64,000 bases of DNA from Candidatus Falkowbacteria bacterium (GTDB taxonomy: Bacteria; Patescibacteriota; Patescibacteriia; Patescibacteriales; UBA12465), in contig JBAXLJ010000001.1 of NCBI GenBank assembly GCA_037134915.1, positions 165,484 to 229,483 on the forward strand, in the 5' to 3' direction. The notes beneath the pieces were generated by a model. That model had not been told where the DNA came from, made no database searches, and saw only the letters and a program-made list of their open reading frames with translations. Both the position numbers and the translations under genes were made by a program. Position 1 is the first letter of the stretch. Each line of letters starts with the position of its first letter. Positions 36,470 through 46,591 of this stretch are shown in pieces.

Positions 36470-37819
36470 ATGGCTAATTTAAAAACAGTTTACGTTTGTA
36501 CTAATTGTGACGCCCAATTTCCTAAGTGGAGTGGGCGTTGTTTAGAGTGCGGTTCTTGGGGGACGCTCGGCGAAGAGCTAATTGATAAAAAGGAAGACGA
36601 TAAGCAAAATACTTTAAAAAAAATAAACGGGGCCGATTTAATTGATTTAAAAAAAGTTGATGCTCTGACCCTTAAAAGATTAGTTACCGGTATTAGTGAA
36701 GTTGATCGGGTTTTAGGTGGCGGCTTAGTGCCGGGGTCTCTGACTCTTTTAAGCGGTGAACCAGGAATTGGCAAATCAACTCTGGTGGCTCAAATTGCCG
36801 ACGCCTTAGCTAAAGACCGTTTAGTAATCTATGTTAGTGGCGAAGAGTCAGCGGCTCAAGTCAAAGGGCGTTTGGAGCGTCTTAACTGCTCTTTAGATAA
36901 CTTAAGGTTTATCGGCGAAACTAACGTTGAGAAAATAATTTCCTCAGTTCTAAAAGCTGAACCAGATTTAATTATTGTCGACTCCATTCAGACCGTTTAT
37001 TCTTCACTTATTCCTTCAGAAGCGGGTGGTATTAACCAGATTCGGGCGGCGGCAGTGAAATTTTTGGAACTAGCCAAAGAGCATGATATTTCGGTAATTT
37101 TAATCGGACACATTACTAAAGATGGTCAGATTGCCGGACCTAAGGCTCTGGAGCATATCGTTGATACGGTTTTATATTTAGAAGCTGAAACTAATAATAA
37201 TTATTGTTTACTGCGGGCCAGTAAAAATCGTTTTGGCTCGGTAAATGAACTGGGAATTTTGGAGATGACAGGCCTGGGTTTTAAACAAGTCCAAAATCCT
37301 AGTCTAGTCTTTATTGATTCAGCCCATGTTGATTTAGCTGGCTCAGTGATTGGCTGCGTGGTTGAAGGTACGCGTCCGTTTCTGGTCGATATTCAGTCTT
37401 TAGTCTCGAAAACGGTCTTTGGTTACCCGCAGCGCAAAACTAGCGGCTTTGACCTCAATCGTTTGCAGGTGCTCTCAGCCGTTTTAACTAAACGCAGCTC
37501 GGTTAATTTAACCAGCCAAGATATTATTTTAAATGTGGTCGGTGGCTTGCGGCTTAACGATCCCGCTTTGGATTTGGCCGTTTGTGCGGCGATTATGTCT
37601 TCCTATTTTAATAAAAACTTTGATCGTCATACCATTGTTTTGGGCGAAGTTGGTCTGGGAGGGGAAATAAGAGCCGTTTCTAAAATCGAACAGCGCTTAG
37701 CCGAAGCCGAAAAATTAGGTTTTACTCAAGCAATTATTCCGGAAATTGAAGTTAAGGCTAAAAAGATAAAAATTGTGAAATTAAAAAACATCGCTGATTT
37801 GGCAGAATTTATTAAATAA
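36470..37819 (+). CDS. radA: DNA repair protein RadA/Sms
   Basis: N-terminal zinc ribbon (CTNCDAQFPKWSGRCLECGSWG), Walker A GEPGIGKST, the KNRFG motif and a Lon-like C-terminus. Confidence 0.9.
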   Translation: MANLKTVYVCTNCDAQFPKWSGRCLECGSWGTLGEELIDKKEDDKQNTLKKINGADLIDLKKVDALTLKRLVTGISEVDRVLGGGLVPGSLTLLSGEPGIGKSTLVAQIADALAKDRLVIYVSGEESAAQVKGRLERLNCSLDNLRFIGETNVEKIISSVLKAEPDLIIVDSIQTVYSSLIPSEAGGINQIRAAAVKFLELAKEHDISVILIGHITKDGQIAGPKALEHIVDTVLYLEAETNNNYCLLRASKNRFGSVNELGILEMTGLGFKQVQNPSLVFIDSAHVDLAGSVIGCVVEGTRPFLVDIQSLVSKTVFGYPQRKTSGFDLNRLQVLSAVLTKRSSVNLTSQDIILNVVGGLRLNDPALDLAVCAAIMSSYFNKNFDRHTIVLGEVGLGGEIRAVSKIEQRLAEAEKLGFTQAIIPEIEVKAKKIKIVKLKNIADLAEFIK

Positions 37820-37832
37820 ATCTCAGAATATA

Positions 37833-37866
37833 AAAAAGACTGTTTTTGCAAACAGCCTTTTTTTGA
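37833..37866. terminator. Bidirectional hairpin between convergent radA and ORF 37870-38205
   Basis: aaaaaagactgttt-ttgc-aaacagccttttttt is an 8-bp stem with one mismatch, flanked by A-runs and T-runs. Confidence 0.5.
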
Positions 37867-37869
37867 GGT

Positions 37870-38205
37870 TTAGGCTCGTCTTTTGGCGAGTTTTTTTTCG
37901 GTATCTTTTTGGGCCTTAATTTGTGCAGTTGCAATCAGATTGTATCGTTTCTCAACATAATCTAAATAAGACTGATCCTCTGGCTTTAAGGGGCTAATTT
38001 TTGAAAACATCACCTTTTCACGACCGTCAGGCGCAATGCCGACGCGGAAGGTCTTTTTATTAATCTCGAAAATATTAAAATTAACTTTGACGACCAAATC
38101 GTCGACTTTTACTTCCATGGTCCGAAGAGTTGGACAACTGACTTCTTCCAATTTTGTTTTACACATAGTATTCATTTTTAAAGGTTCATATTTTGATACT
38201 ATCAC
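37870..38205 (-). CDS. Hypothetical protein (111 aa or shorter)
   Basis: An ORF bounded by terminator hairpins. I recognised no motif. Confidence 0.45.
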   Translation of the reverse strand: MIVSKYEPLKMNTMCKTKLEEVSCPTLRTMEVKVDDLVVKVNFNIFEINKKTFRVGIAPDGREKVMFSKISPLKPEDQSYLDYVEKRYNLIATAQIKAQKDTEKKLAKRRA

Positions 38206-38265
38206 CAGGTCTTAAATATTGCAAATCTTGTGGAGTTTTCGCTTGTGTGCTAATTTTTTAAGTAT

Positions 38266-39453
38266 ATGAACGCTCAGGAATTTAATTATCTTAAATCAGA
38301 AGCAGGACAGGCGGCTTACCAGCGGTATCGTTTTTATGATCTTAAAAAACTGGAACTTCTAATTTTGAAAAATAACGCCACTCAGCCAGAATTTGGCGCC
38401 TTAGTATCTCTGATTAAATTACGCCAAGCGGCGGCTGGTAAATTTAGCCGGAGTGAGTCGATGTTTTTTACTCCTTTGAGTCTAGAGCAAGCCACTTCAG
38501 AAATAATCGCCAAACACATCGCCGCGCGTTTTCAGCCAGCTTGGAAGGTGGCCGATTTAACTTGCGGTCTAGGTGGTAATGCCATTTTTCTAGCCCAGAA
38601 AGTTAAGCATGTTTTAGCTATCGATTTAGATGAAACTAAAATAAACTGTGCGAAAGAAAACGCCGCAGCTTATGAAGTTCAAGACAAAATAGATTTTGTA
38701 GTGGGTGATGCCTTTTTAAATATTAAAGAAGATGTGGCGGCTTTTTTCTTAGACCCGGCGCGCGATCGTGAAGGGGCCACCAAAACCCGATCGTTTTTAA
38801 ATTCACAACCGGCGCTGCTGGATATTTTACCTAAATTATTTGCGATTACACATAATGTGGCCGTTAAAATTTCTCCCGCTTTTGATTATGAAGAATTAAA
38901 ATTGCTACCGGAAGAACCGGAACTAGAAATTATTTCCGAAAATAATAATTGTAAAGTCGCCATGCTCTGGTTTGGTGCTTTTAAAACAGCTCAAAGACGA
39001 GCCACCGGTTTTAAAGGTGAAAAGTTTTTTTCAATGACTGGCGGCGCAGAAAAAAATATAGACATTACGCCGTTAAAAAAATATTTGTACGAACCCAATA
39101 AAGCCATCAGCAAAGCCCACTTAATAAATGAAGTAGCGGCTAAATTTTCTCTAGCCAAAATTAATTTTGATTTATCTTGGTTAACCAGCGATGAATTGGT
39201 TGATACTGATGGTTTAAATATTTTTCGAAAATTTAAAGTGTTACACAGTGAAGATTTCTCTTTAAAGAAGTTTAAGGAATTTTTAAAAAATCGCGGCATT
39301 GGTCGTGCAGAAATTATGACTAAACATTTTCCAATGACGCCCGAGGAAATAAGAGCCCGACTCAAATTAAAAGACGGCGGCACTGCAGTCCTGATTTTAA
39401 CGGTTGATAATAATGATAAAAAAGTCTTTATATTAGCCGAAAAAGTAGATTAG
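38266..39453 (+). CDS. Class I SAM-dependent methyltransferase with C-terminal THUMP-like region
   Basis: SAM-binding motif I VADLTCGLGGNAIFLA and motif II-like FFLDPAR. The substrate is unknown. Confidence 0.7.
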   Translation: MNAQEFNYLKSEAGQAAYQRYRFYDLKKLELLILKNNATQPEFGALVSLIKLRQAAAGKFSRSESMFFTPLSLEQATSEIIAKHIAARFQPAWKVADLTCGLGGNAIFLAQKVKHVLAIDLDETKINCAKENAAAYEVQDKIDFVVGDAFLNIKEDVAAFFLDPARDREGATKTRSFLNSQPALLDILPKLFAITHNVAVKISPAFDYEELKLLPEEPELEIISENNNCKVAMLWFGAFKTAQRRATGFKGEKFFSMTGGAEKNIDITPLKKYLYEPNKAISKAHLINEVAAKFSLAKINFDLSWLTSDELVDTDGLNIFRKFKVLHSEDFSLKKFKEFLKNRGIGRAEIMTKHFPMTPEEIRARLKLKDGGTAVLILTVDNNDKKVFILAEKVD

Positions 39454-39534
39454 TATTGACTCAAATTAATAAATATGGTATAGTACAAGTATCAAAAAAA
39501 CTAACGTTACTTAAAAACAAGGAGGGGGCAGAGT

Positions 39535-39825
39535 ATGAAAAATTTAATAAAAAGATTTTTTGCTTTTGTGGGGATCATTTGTTTTGCTTGGATGGCAGTA
39601 TCCGAATTATATTTTTTGGTAATTTTTCTAAAAGCCGCCGTCGGACCGATTAAGTTGGGAAAGGATCAGTTGACCGAGTCAACTTTTATGTTCTTTAATT
39701 TGTCACCCTGGATGATGGCGCTTGTAATTTCGATGGCCGCTTACGCCGCCATCTATATTTACAAAAACCGCTCGTTTCTTAAGGAGCGGGTGTACAACTT
39801 TTCAAACAGTATGTTCCAAGATTAA
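39535..39825 (+). CDS. Small membrane protein (96 aa)
   Basis: A strong Shine-Dalgarno sequence (aaggaggggg) precedes ATG 39535 after a short spacer. The protein has two or three hydrophobic helices. Confidence 0.55.
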   Translation: MKNLIKRFFAFVGIICFAWMAVSELYFLVIFLKAAVGPIKLGKDQLTESTFMFFNLSPWMMALVISMAAYAAIYIYKNRSFLKERVYNFSNSMFQD

Positions 39826-39843
39826 ACAATAATCAAGGGACAT

Positions 39844-39880
39844 AAAAAAGGAGACTCTCGTAATGACAGCCTCCTTTTTT
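39844..39880. terminator. Hairpin between convergent ORF 39535-39825 and recG
   Basis: aaaaaaggag…(17-nt loop)…ctcctttttt. Confidence 0.45.
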
Positions 39881-39881
39881 C

Positions 39882-41936
39882 TTACTCTAAATGAGTTTTT
39901 CGCTCCCATTCGCCCAGCTTCATTTTTATGACCGGGTGTTTTTTAAATTCCGGATCTTTCGCTACTAGGGCGGCGGCTTCGTCGCGCGCTTTCTTAATTA
40001 GTTCATAATCAAAGAGTGAGCCGATTTGTAGTTCATCGAAACCGCTTTGCGTGGTGCCATATAAATCACCGCCGCCGCGCAATTTTAAATCTATTTTAGC
40101 TAGCGTCAAACCATCGTTGTGCTTAGTTAAAGCTTCTAACCGTTCTAAAGTTTTAGGATTAGAAATATTTTCTTTGGTCGGAATTAAAAAACAATAGGAA
40201 GCTAGGTTACTGCGGCCGACGCGACCTCTAAATTGGTGAAGCTGGGCTAAACCGAATCTTTCGGCGCCCTCAATTATCATAATCGTGGCATTAGGCACGT
40301 CGACGCCGACTTCGATTACAGAAGTCGCCACCAGGATTTGAATTTTTTTATTTAAAAAGTCACTCATTACTTGTTCTTTTTCCTTATTCTTTAATTTGCC
40401 GTGTAATAAGCCGACAGAAAACTCGGGGAAGATTTCGCTTTGTAAATTTTCCGCGGCCGATTTTGCTGACTTAACGCCAAGTTTATCGGATTCATCAATG
40501 AGTGGGCAAATCACAAAAACTTGGCGGCCATTTTTAAGTTCACTTCTTATAAAGTCATAAGCCAAACTTCTTTTTTTATCGGTGACAATTTTTGTAACAA
40601 TTGGTTGGCGTCCAGAAGGCAATTGGTTAATTAGTGATAAATCTAAATCACCATAAATGGAAAGCGCTAGCGAGCGCGGAATCGGCGTGGCGGTCATTGA
40701 TAAAAAATGAGGAATCAATTTATTTTCGTTACCGATTATTTTGTGGCGCTGATCAACGCCAAAGCGATGTTGCTCGTCGACCACAGCTAAGCTAAGACGG
40801 GGGATAGTAATATTCTTCTGGATAAGGGCGTGGGTGCCGATTAAGATATCCGCGCCTTCTAAAATATTATCACCATTTAATTCAAAGTTAACCTCTTCGT
40901 GACCCGAGGTTAGCAAGACAATTTTTATATTATAAATTGCTAAGTAATGAGAGAGAGTCTTAAAATGTTGCTTGGCTAAAATTTCAGTCGGCACCATTAA
41001 AGCACCTTGGCGACCGGATATTGCCACGTTAAGTAAGGCCATAATCGCCACTAGGGTTTTGCCGCTCCCAACATCGCCTTCTAGCAGCCTAGACATTGGT
41101 TGTGATTTTTGTAAATCCTTTAAAATTTCCCAGGCGGCTTTTTTCTGATCAGCCGTCAAAGAGAAAGGCAAGCCGGATACAAAACTACGAATAATTTTTT
41201 CGTCAAATTTAATCGGCGTCGCTTTTAAATTTTGGAGTTCCCGTTTGATGCTTTGGGATTTTATTTGGCGTAAAAATAGTTCTGTAAAGGCGAGTCGTTT
41301 TTGACTATCTCTAATCTCTTGGCTAGAAATTGGAAAATGAACTTGGCGTAAAGCCATTTTTAAATCAATCAAATTAAGCCGGGATCTTAAATCTTTAGGC
41401 AGCCAGTCTTCAACATAATCGGCTAGAGGCAGCACTTGCTTCATTAAGAATCTAATTTGTTTTTGGGATAATTTATTAGTACTATGATAATTAGGTATCA
41501 GGCCGTTAGTATGGATAAGTCCGCTGGCATTAATTTTTTCGTAATCAGGGGCGGTCATCTGCATTTGTCCATAATTATCTTTAACTCGACCGGCTAGTGA
41601 AATCTCGTCGCCTACTTTTAAATTGCGCGTGATAAAACTTTGGTTGAACCAAACCACTTTTAAATAGCCGGAGTCATCGCGAACTAGAGCTTCAGTAATT
41701 TGCATCTTATGGTGGGCGCTGCGCTTATTTTGAATTAAATCGATGGTCCCGATAACGCTCACTGTCTCGCCGTCTTTTAGCTCGGCAATTGGCCGGTGAG
41801 TTGAAAAGTCATCATATCTAAAAGGCAGGTAAAATAATAAATCACCAGCGGTATTTAAACCGAGACGTTTAAAATGAGCGGCGGTGACATCGCCAACCCG
41901 ATTAAGACTAGAAAGTGGAGCGCTGAAAGTAAGCAT
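39882..41936 (-). CDS. recG: ATP-dependent DNA helicase RecG
   Basis: Wedge/OB N-terminus and SF2 motifs GDVGSGKT, VDEQHRFG, MTATPIPRS and QLHQFRGRVGR. Confidence 0.9.
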   Translation of the reverse strand: MLTFSAPLSSLNRVGDVTAAHFKRLGLNTAGDLLFYLPFRYDDFSTHRPIAELKDGETVSVIGTIDLIQNKRSAHHKMQITEALVRDDSGYLKVVWFNQSFITRNLKVGDEISLAGRVKDNYGQMQMTAPDYEKINASGLIHTNGLIPNYHSTNKLSQKQIRFLMKQVLPLADYVEDWLPKDLRSRLNLIDLKMALRQVHFPISSQEIRDSQKRLAFTELFLRQIKSQSIKRELQNLKATPIKFDEKIIRSFVSGLPFSLTADQKKAAWEILKDLQKSQPMSRLLEGDVGSGKTLVAIMALLNVAISGRQGALMVPTEILAKQHFKTLSHYLAIYNIKIVLLTSGHEEVNFELNGDNILEGADILIGTHALIQKNITIPRLSLAVVDEQHRFGVDQRHKIIGNENKLIPHFLSMTATPIPRSLALSIYGDLDLSLINQLPSGRQPIVTKIVTDKKRSLAYDFIRSELKNGRQVFVICPLIDESDKLGVKSAKSAAENLQSEIFPEFSVGLLHGKLKNKEKEQVMSDFLNKKIQILVATSVIEVGVDVPNATIMIIEGAERFGLAQLHQFRGRVGRSNLASYCFLIPTKENISNPKTLERLEALTKHNDGLTLAKIDLKLRGGGDLYGTTQSGFDELQIGSLFDYELIKKARDEAAALVAKDPEFKKHPVIKMKLGEWERKTHLE

Positions 41937-41997
41937 AATCTAATTATAACACAAAAAACACCGCCTTATTAAGGCAGTGTTCTTATTTTTATTTATG

Positions 41998-42069
41998 TGT
42001 CCCCGCCAGGAATCGGACCTGGATTACAAGCTCCGCAAGCTTATGTTCTATCCATTAAACTACGGAGAC
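41998..42069 (-). tRNA. tRNA-Arg (anticodon GCG), no encoded CCA
   Basis: Hand-folded cloverleaf on the minus strand. Acceptor GUCUCCG/CGGGGAC has one U·G pair. D arm is GUUU/GAAC with GG in the loop. Anticodon arm is UAAGC-UUGCGGA-GCUUG. T arm is CCAGG-UCCGAUU-CCUGG. Discriminator is A. Confidence 0.8.
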
Positions 42070-42092
42070 CTTAAAATATCCCCCTTATTAAA

Positions 42093-42617
42093 TCATAGTT
42101 TCAGTAGTTTAGTCAACTGCTCGGAAATTGGCGGGCCTAGTCTTTCTAAATCTTCGTCTAAATAACGCAATAAATAGTTTCTGACCGTAATCGGGTCTTG
42201 CTCATCTAGGTGAACTGATAAGCGTGGGTGCAAGAAACTGTTCTTAAATTCAATATATAAGTGCTTCACTTCGATATTTGGCTTGTAAATGATGGAAAAG
42301 TTTCGCAAATCATCATAATCATAGAATCTTTTACCAATATTTATGCCTTCGGGGCCGATTTTAAAATCAACCATGGCCGGATCTTGACCGTCATTTATGA
42401 TCATAATCATGGCCGATAAAATCAAAATTAAGGCGAAAATGAAGTTAGAATTGACTCCCAAAAAAACGATTTTCCAATTGATAATTTCAAAAAAACAGAA
42501 AAACAAGGTAAATATCAAAAAAACTAGGGCAATTAGATACCAGCGACGATTTCTTTCTTTGGGTTCATATTCCGGCACCTGCCAGGAAAGATATTGAACT
42601 TTATTGTTTTCGTCCAT
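42093..42617 (-). CDS. Hypothetical membrane protein (2 TM helices plus a C-terminal soluble domain)
   Basis: Hydrophobic segments WYLIALVFLIFTLFFCFFEII and IFALILILSAMIMII. No recognisable catalytic motif. Confidence 0.55.
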   Translation of the reverse strand: MDENNKVQYLSWQVPEYEPKERNRRWYLIALVFLIFTLFFCFFEIINWKIVFLGVNSNFIFALILILSAMIMIINDGQDPAMVDFKIGPEGINIGKRFYDYDDLRNFSIIYKPNIEVKHLYIEFKNSFLHPRLSVHLDEQDPITVRNYLLRYLDEDLERLGPPISEQLTKLLKL

Positions 42618-42644
42618 ATTTTTGTTGATAATTTAAAATATAAA

Positions 42645-42673
42645 TTGACAAGCCGCCTTTATTTTTATATAGT
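42645..42673 (+). promoter_or_regulatory. Sigma-70-type promoter for tRNA-Ser
   Basis: TTGACA (42645-42650), a 17-nt spacer and TATAGT (42668-42673), about 34 nt upstream of the tRNA 5' end. Confidence 0.5.
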
Positions 42674-42706
42674 TGTATGGTTATTATAACATAAAATAAA
42701 AAAATT

Positions 42707-42799
42707 GGAGAGATGGCCGAGTGGCTGAAGGCGGCAGGTTGCTAACCTGTTATAGGAGTCTAACTCCTATCCAGGGTTCGAATCCCTGTCTCTCCGCCA
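42707..42799 (+). tRNA. tRNA-Ser (anticodon GCT) with long variable arm and encoded CCA
   Basis: Acceptor GGAGAGA/UCUCUCC, anticodon loop UUGCUAA, variable arm UAUAGGAGUCUAACUCCUAUC, T arm CAGGG-UUCGAAU-CCCUG, discriminator G and CCA. Confidence 0.9.
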
Positions 42800-42826
42800 A
42801 GACAATTTAGTATCGGATAGACTCAA

Positions 42827-42856
42827 GTACCTCTTATAAAGAGGTGCTTTTGTTTT
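42827..42856 (+). terminator. Terminator after tRNA-Ser
   Basis: uaccucuu-aua-aagaggug hairpin followed by CTTTTGTTTT. Confidence 0.55.
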
Positions 42857-42979
42857 ATATTATGCAAATGACCCTTGAATTTTAGCCTAAATAGGGGTAA
42901 GGTTAGAATAATTATACTTACCATAAATTGATAATAATATAATTAAATATAAATTAAATTTGTTTTAACGTTTTTCGAT

Positions 42980-45544
42980 ATGATGATGTCAAAATATCTT
43001 TCTTTGCATGGTACAAAAATGGGCTACTTGGAGACCTTTTTTCTTAATAATATATATTATGCAGATTATGGCGAAAAGGGTTTAGATTTTATTGAACCAG
43101 AGGTGAATATCGATAGAAATGATGGCACTGATAGAAAATGGCGGCTAGATTTTGTTGTAACTACAAAGAATAGAAAATATGCCATAGAATGTGATGGTTT
43201 TAATTATCATGCCGCAGGGATGGTGTCCCGTGAAAGGTTTGATGAGCTTGAAGCTAAACGCAATGAAGTTATAAGACAAGGTTTTATATTAATTAGTCTT
43301 TCAAGAGATCAGATTACAAATAACCCTGATGACGCTATTTATGAACTTAGAAGAACATTTAATGCGGATAAGGAACTTTATTCTTTGTTCCTCAATTGGA
43401 ATTCTGGAACCATAGAGCCGCATGATGTTCAGATTAAAGCGCTAGACGCTCTTAAAGCAACAAGAGAACAGGGAAATACTAAGGGGTTGGTAGTATTAGC
43501 AACTGGATTAGGAAAAACCTATTTAAGTATTTTTGATGCTAAAGCTATGAAGGCAAAAAACATTTTGTTTATTGTCCACGTAGATCATATTCTTAAACAA
43601 GCCAAAAATTCTTTTGAAAAGGTTATGCCGGAAAGATCGAAAGACATGGGTTTCTTCACTGGCAAAGAAAAAACATACGAAGGTAAGAGTATAGTTTTTT
43701 CCACAATTCAAACTATTAATAAAGAAAATAATTTAAGTCAATTCTCTAAAGATTATTTTGATTATATTATTGTTGACGAATCTCATCACACGGCAGCACC
43801 TAGTTATAAAAAAGTGACTGAATATTTTCAACCCCAATTCTTTTTAGGTCTAACTGCTACACCAGATAGAATGGACGAGAAAGACATACTGGAGTTCTAT
43901 GGAAACAATCTCGTATTTGAAATGGGACAATCAGAAGCCATAAGACAGGGTTACTTGGCAAGTCTTAATTATCAGGGATTTATTGATGATGTTGATTATT
44001 CAAAAATTTATTACAACGGCTTTCGTTATGATATTACAGATTTGAATAAACATTTAATGATTGCTCGTCGTGATAACGCTATTATTGATAAATTCAAGGA
44101 ATTGGCTCGAGACAAAAAAACTATTGGTTTTTGTGTATCAATAGAACATGCTGATTGGAGCGCCGATCAGTTCAGAAAAGCTGGAATAGATGCAATTTCA
44201 ATTCATTCAAAAATAGAAGATAAAAATACCGACGGAGCCTATCAATCAGCATCAGAAATAATTGATGCTTTCGAGAATGGGAAGCACCAGGTGGCCTTTG
44301 TGGTTGATATGCTGAATGAGGGTATCGATATTCCAGACGTGGAGTGCTTATTAATGTTACGTCCGACAGAATCCAATGCCATATTAACACAGCAAATTGG
44401 AAGAGGTCTTAGAATATCAGAAAACAAAGATGAAGTGTTAGTTCTTGATTTTATAGGAAATTATCAAACGGCTCCAAAAATTCTTCAGGGTCTAGGAATA
44501 GGTAAGGTCGGTGATTTAATAGAGGACAAGGAAAAGGGTGTTTATTATTACGAAAACGAAGGAAGACGTGTACAATTTCAATCTGAGGTGGTTGATATAT
44601 TTAGGTTTATGCTTAGTAAGTCATCCACTAAGGTTCGAGAGAGTTTAATATCAGATGAATGGAAGGCTTATGGTGAATACCTTGAATTAAACACAAAAGC
44701 TGGAACAAATCTTTTTTGGAGTGTAGGAAAAAAGAATAATAATTTAAGTATGCACTTATGGGCATTAAATTTTATAAGTGAAAATAAAGATAAATTTCTT
44801 ACTAACGACGCACTCTCTGAAGCATTAAAAAAGGAATCGGAAAGAGTTTCTCCTAACGCTACCATGGAAGGTATACGAGCTTTATTTTTTAGTAAGTTAA
44901 TTGGTTTAGTTATAAATACAAGTCCATTTGAATTATCTCCTGCTTATTATTCTTTATCGCAATATATAAATAAGGATGATGAAAAAGCTTGGTCTATTGT
45001 TTCTGACCAAATAGAGAAATTTTATTTTTTTAATGATATATCGGCTTTAGTAAACAGACATTCTGAAACGGGCGAACGTAGACACGTTGACGAATTGTTT
45101 CATGTCTATCCAATTTTTTTCATATATCAAGTCTTACTAAGATTAAGAGAAAGAGGTTATGAAGAACTGAGATTAACAAGTTTTGAAATTAGTCACTTTA
45201 TTGCACTTTCACGTACACACAATGATGTTAGTGAATGCGTTGACAGGATTGTAGCTTATCGCGAATACGAAGAAAAATATGAACTTGAAAAATTTTTAAA
45301 ACAAAAATCTACCATGGATTCAAGGTTATTTAAGGTATTAAAATATATAAAATATTTTAATTTCTCTACAAGCTCTATTTTATTAAAAGAGGAATTTTTA
45401 AGTGAATTAGAAGGGAGAGTTAATTTATTCAACAAGTTAATAGAGGATGAAAAATTAATTATGTTTGATAAAAATAATTCATCGGAGTATAGAGAAATGC
45501 TATATTCAGAAGATGATATTATTTCTTACCATGAAAAATTATAG
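42980..45544 (+). CDS. Restriction-type nuclease-helicase: N-terminal DUF559/Vsr-like endonuclease fold, SF2 (ResIII-type) helicase and an unknown C-terminal domain
   Basis: The N-terminus RKWRLDFVVTTKNRKYAIECDGFNYH is a PD-(D/E)xK-like (DUF559-type) motif. Helicase motifs are LATGLGKT (I), IIVDESHH (II), LGLTATPDR (III) and QQIGRGLR (VI). The gene is convergent with, and abuts, two methyltransferase genes. Confidence 0.7.
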   Translation: MMMSKYLSLHGTKMGYLETFFLNNIYYADYGEKGLDFIEPEVNIDRNDGTDRKWRLDFVVTTKNRKYAIECDGFNYHAAGMVSRERFDELEAKRNEVIRQGFILISLSRDQITNNPDDAIYELRRTFNADKELYSLFLNWNSGTIEPHDVQIKALDALKATREQGNTKGLVVLATGLGKTYLSIFDAKAMKAKNILFIVHVDHILKQAKNSFEKVMPERSKDMGFFTGKEKTYEGKSIVFSTIQTINKENNLSQFSKDYFDYIIVDESHHTAAPSYKKVTEYFQPQFFLGLTATPDRMDEKDILEFYGNNLVFEMGQSEAIRQGYLASLNYQGFIDDVDYSKIYYNGFRYDITDLNKHLMIARRDNAIIDKFKELARDKKTIGFCVSIEHADWSADQFRKAGIDAISIHSKIEDKNTDGAYQSASEIIDAFENGKHQVAFVVDMLNEGIDIPDVECLLMLRPTESNAILTQQIGRGLRISENKDEVLVLDFIGNYQTAPKILQGLGIGKVGDLIEDKEKGVYYYENEGRRVQFQSEVVDIFRFMLSKSSTKVRESLISDEWKAYGEYLELNTKAGTNLFWSVGKKNNNLSMHLWALNFISENKDKFLTNDALSEALKKESERVSPNATMEGIRALFFSKLIGLVINTSPFELSPAYYSLSQYINKDDEKAWSIVSDQIEKFYFFNDISALVNRHSETGERRHVDELFHVYPIFFIYQVLLRLRERGYEELRLTSFEISHFIALSRTHNDVSECVDRIVAYREYEEKYELEKFLKQKSTMDSRLFKVLKYIKYFNFSTSSILLKEEFLSELEGRVNLFNKLIEDEKLIMFDKNNSSEYREMLYSEDDIISYHEKL

Positions 45545-46591
45545 CTAGTAGTTTTCTTTAATCGTTTTTGCTAGTTCATATGCCATCATAGGTGGCACTG
45601 CGTTACCAACTTGCAACATCTGATTTGTTTTTGTTCCGTAAAATATAAAATCATCAGGAAAAGATTGCAGCCTGGCCGCTTCTCTTACGGTTATACATCT
45701 ATCCTGATATGGTAATGTGAACTGGCCTGAAGATGGAGTGTCAAATCTTGTTGTAATAGTCCGCGCAAAACCATCTGGCTTTAGTCTTGTCCAAGTACCG
45801 CTATGGATTGATTTTGTACGATGACGATCTGGCAAATCTTCTTTTGTTCCATTGATAGAAATATAGGAGAGACGCTCAAGAGCGATCTTACTATGTTTTG
45901 TTGCTATATGGTTTTTAACAGTGGAGGAATTAAGTCTCATTAATTTTTGAAAATTATTTTGCGCTTTTTTTGCGTATTTTTGTTCACTTACGCCCTCTCC
46001 AGATTTTAAAGAAGGCAAGTCGTTAATAGCCTCATCAACTGTTGTTATTTTTCCATTACCATCTGGTAGATCAAAATTTAACTTCCCCTTTCTTCCTAAA
46101 AAAACAGCCCTTCTTCTTGTTTGGGGTACTCCAAATTTTTCCGTCTTCAATACTTTTGCTTTTATATCATAACCGAGCTTCGAAAATACATCGATTATTT
46201 CTTGCTTAAAAAAACCATTTTCTGAAGATAGTATATTCGGCACATTTTCTAACAAAAAAAATTCTGGTTTAACTATTTCAACGACCTTAACAAATTGTTG
46301 AAACATAAAATTTCTTTCATCGTCAACCCCTATTCTTTTTCCTTTTTGTGAGAAACCCTGACACGGAGGGCCGCCCATCACAATTTGAACTTTATTTTCA
46401 AATTTACGAAAAGTTTTTTCGAAATCAATATCTCTGATGTCGGTTGAATCGACTATAGTTTTTGGGTGATTTTTTTTAAACGACTCAGCTATTGATTTAT
46501 TATATTCATTTGCGTAAACAATGGTAAATCCTGCTTGTGAAAAACCCAAGGATAGACCACCTACGCCAGCGAAAAGGTCAATTACTTTCAT
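45545..46591 (-). CDS. dcm: DNA (cytosine-5)-methyltransferase
   Basis: C5-MTase motifs DLFAGVGG (I), GGPPCQGFS (IV), ENV (VI), QTRRR (VIII) and GNAVPP (X). Confidence 0.9.
   Translation of the reverse strand: MKVIDLFAGVGGLSLGFSQAGFTIVYANEYNKSIAESFKKNHPKTIVDSTDIRDIDFEKTFRKFENKVQIVMGGPPCQGFSQKGKRIGVDDERNFMFQQFVKVVEIVKPEFFLLENVPNILSSENGFFKQEIIDVFSKLGYDIKAKVLKTEKFGVPQTRRRAVFLGRKGKLNFDLPDGNGKITTVDEAINDLPSLKSGEGVSEQKYAKKAQNNFQKLMRLNSSTVKNHIATKHSKIALERLSYISINGTKEDLPDRHRTKSIHSGTWTRLKPDGFARTITTRFDTPSSGQFTLPYQDRCITVREAARLQSFPDDFIFYGTKTNQMLQVGNAVPPMMAYELAKTIKENY

Noticed and set aside
39456-39653. 65-aa ORF overlapping the start of ORF 39535-39825.
   Set aside because: It has a TTG-type start and no ribosome-binding site. 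The strong AGGAGG Shine-Dalgarno sequence inside it serves ATG 39535 in another frame.
41977-42165. 62-aa plus-strand ORF.
   Set aside because: It runs straight through the complement of tRNA-Arg and into the antisense of the next gene, so it is spurious.
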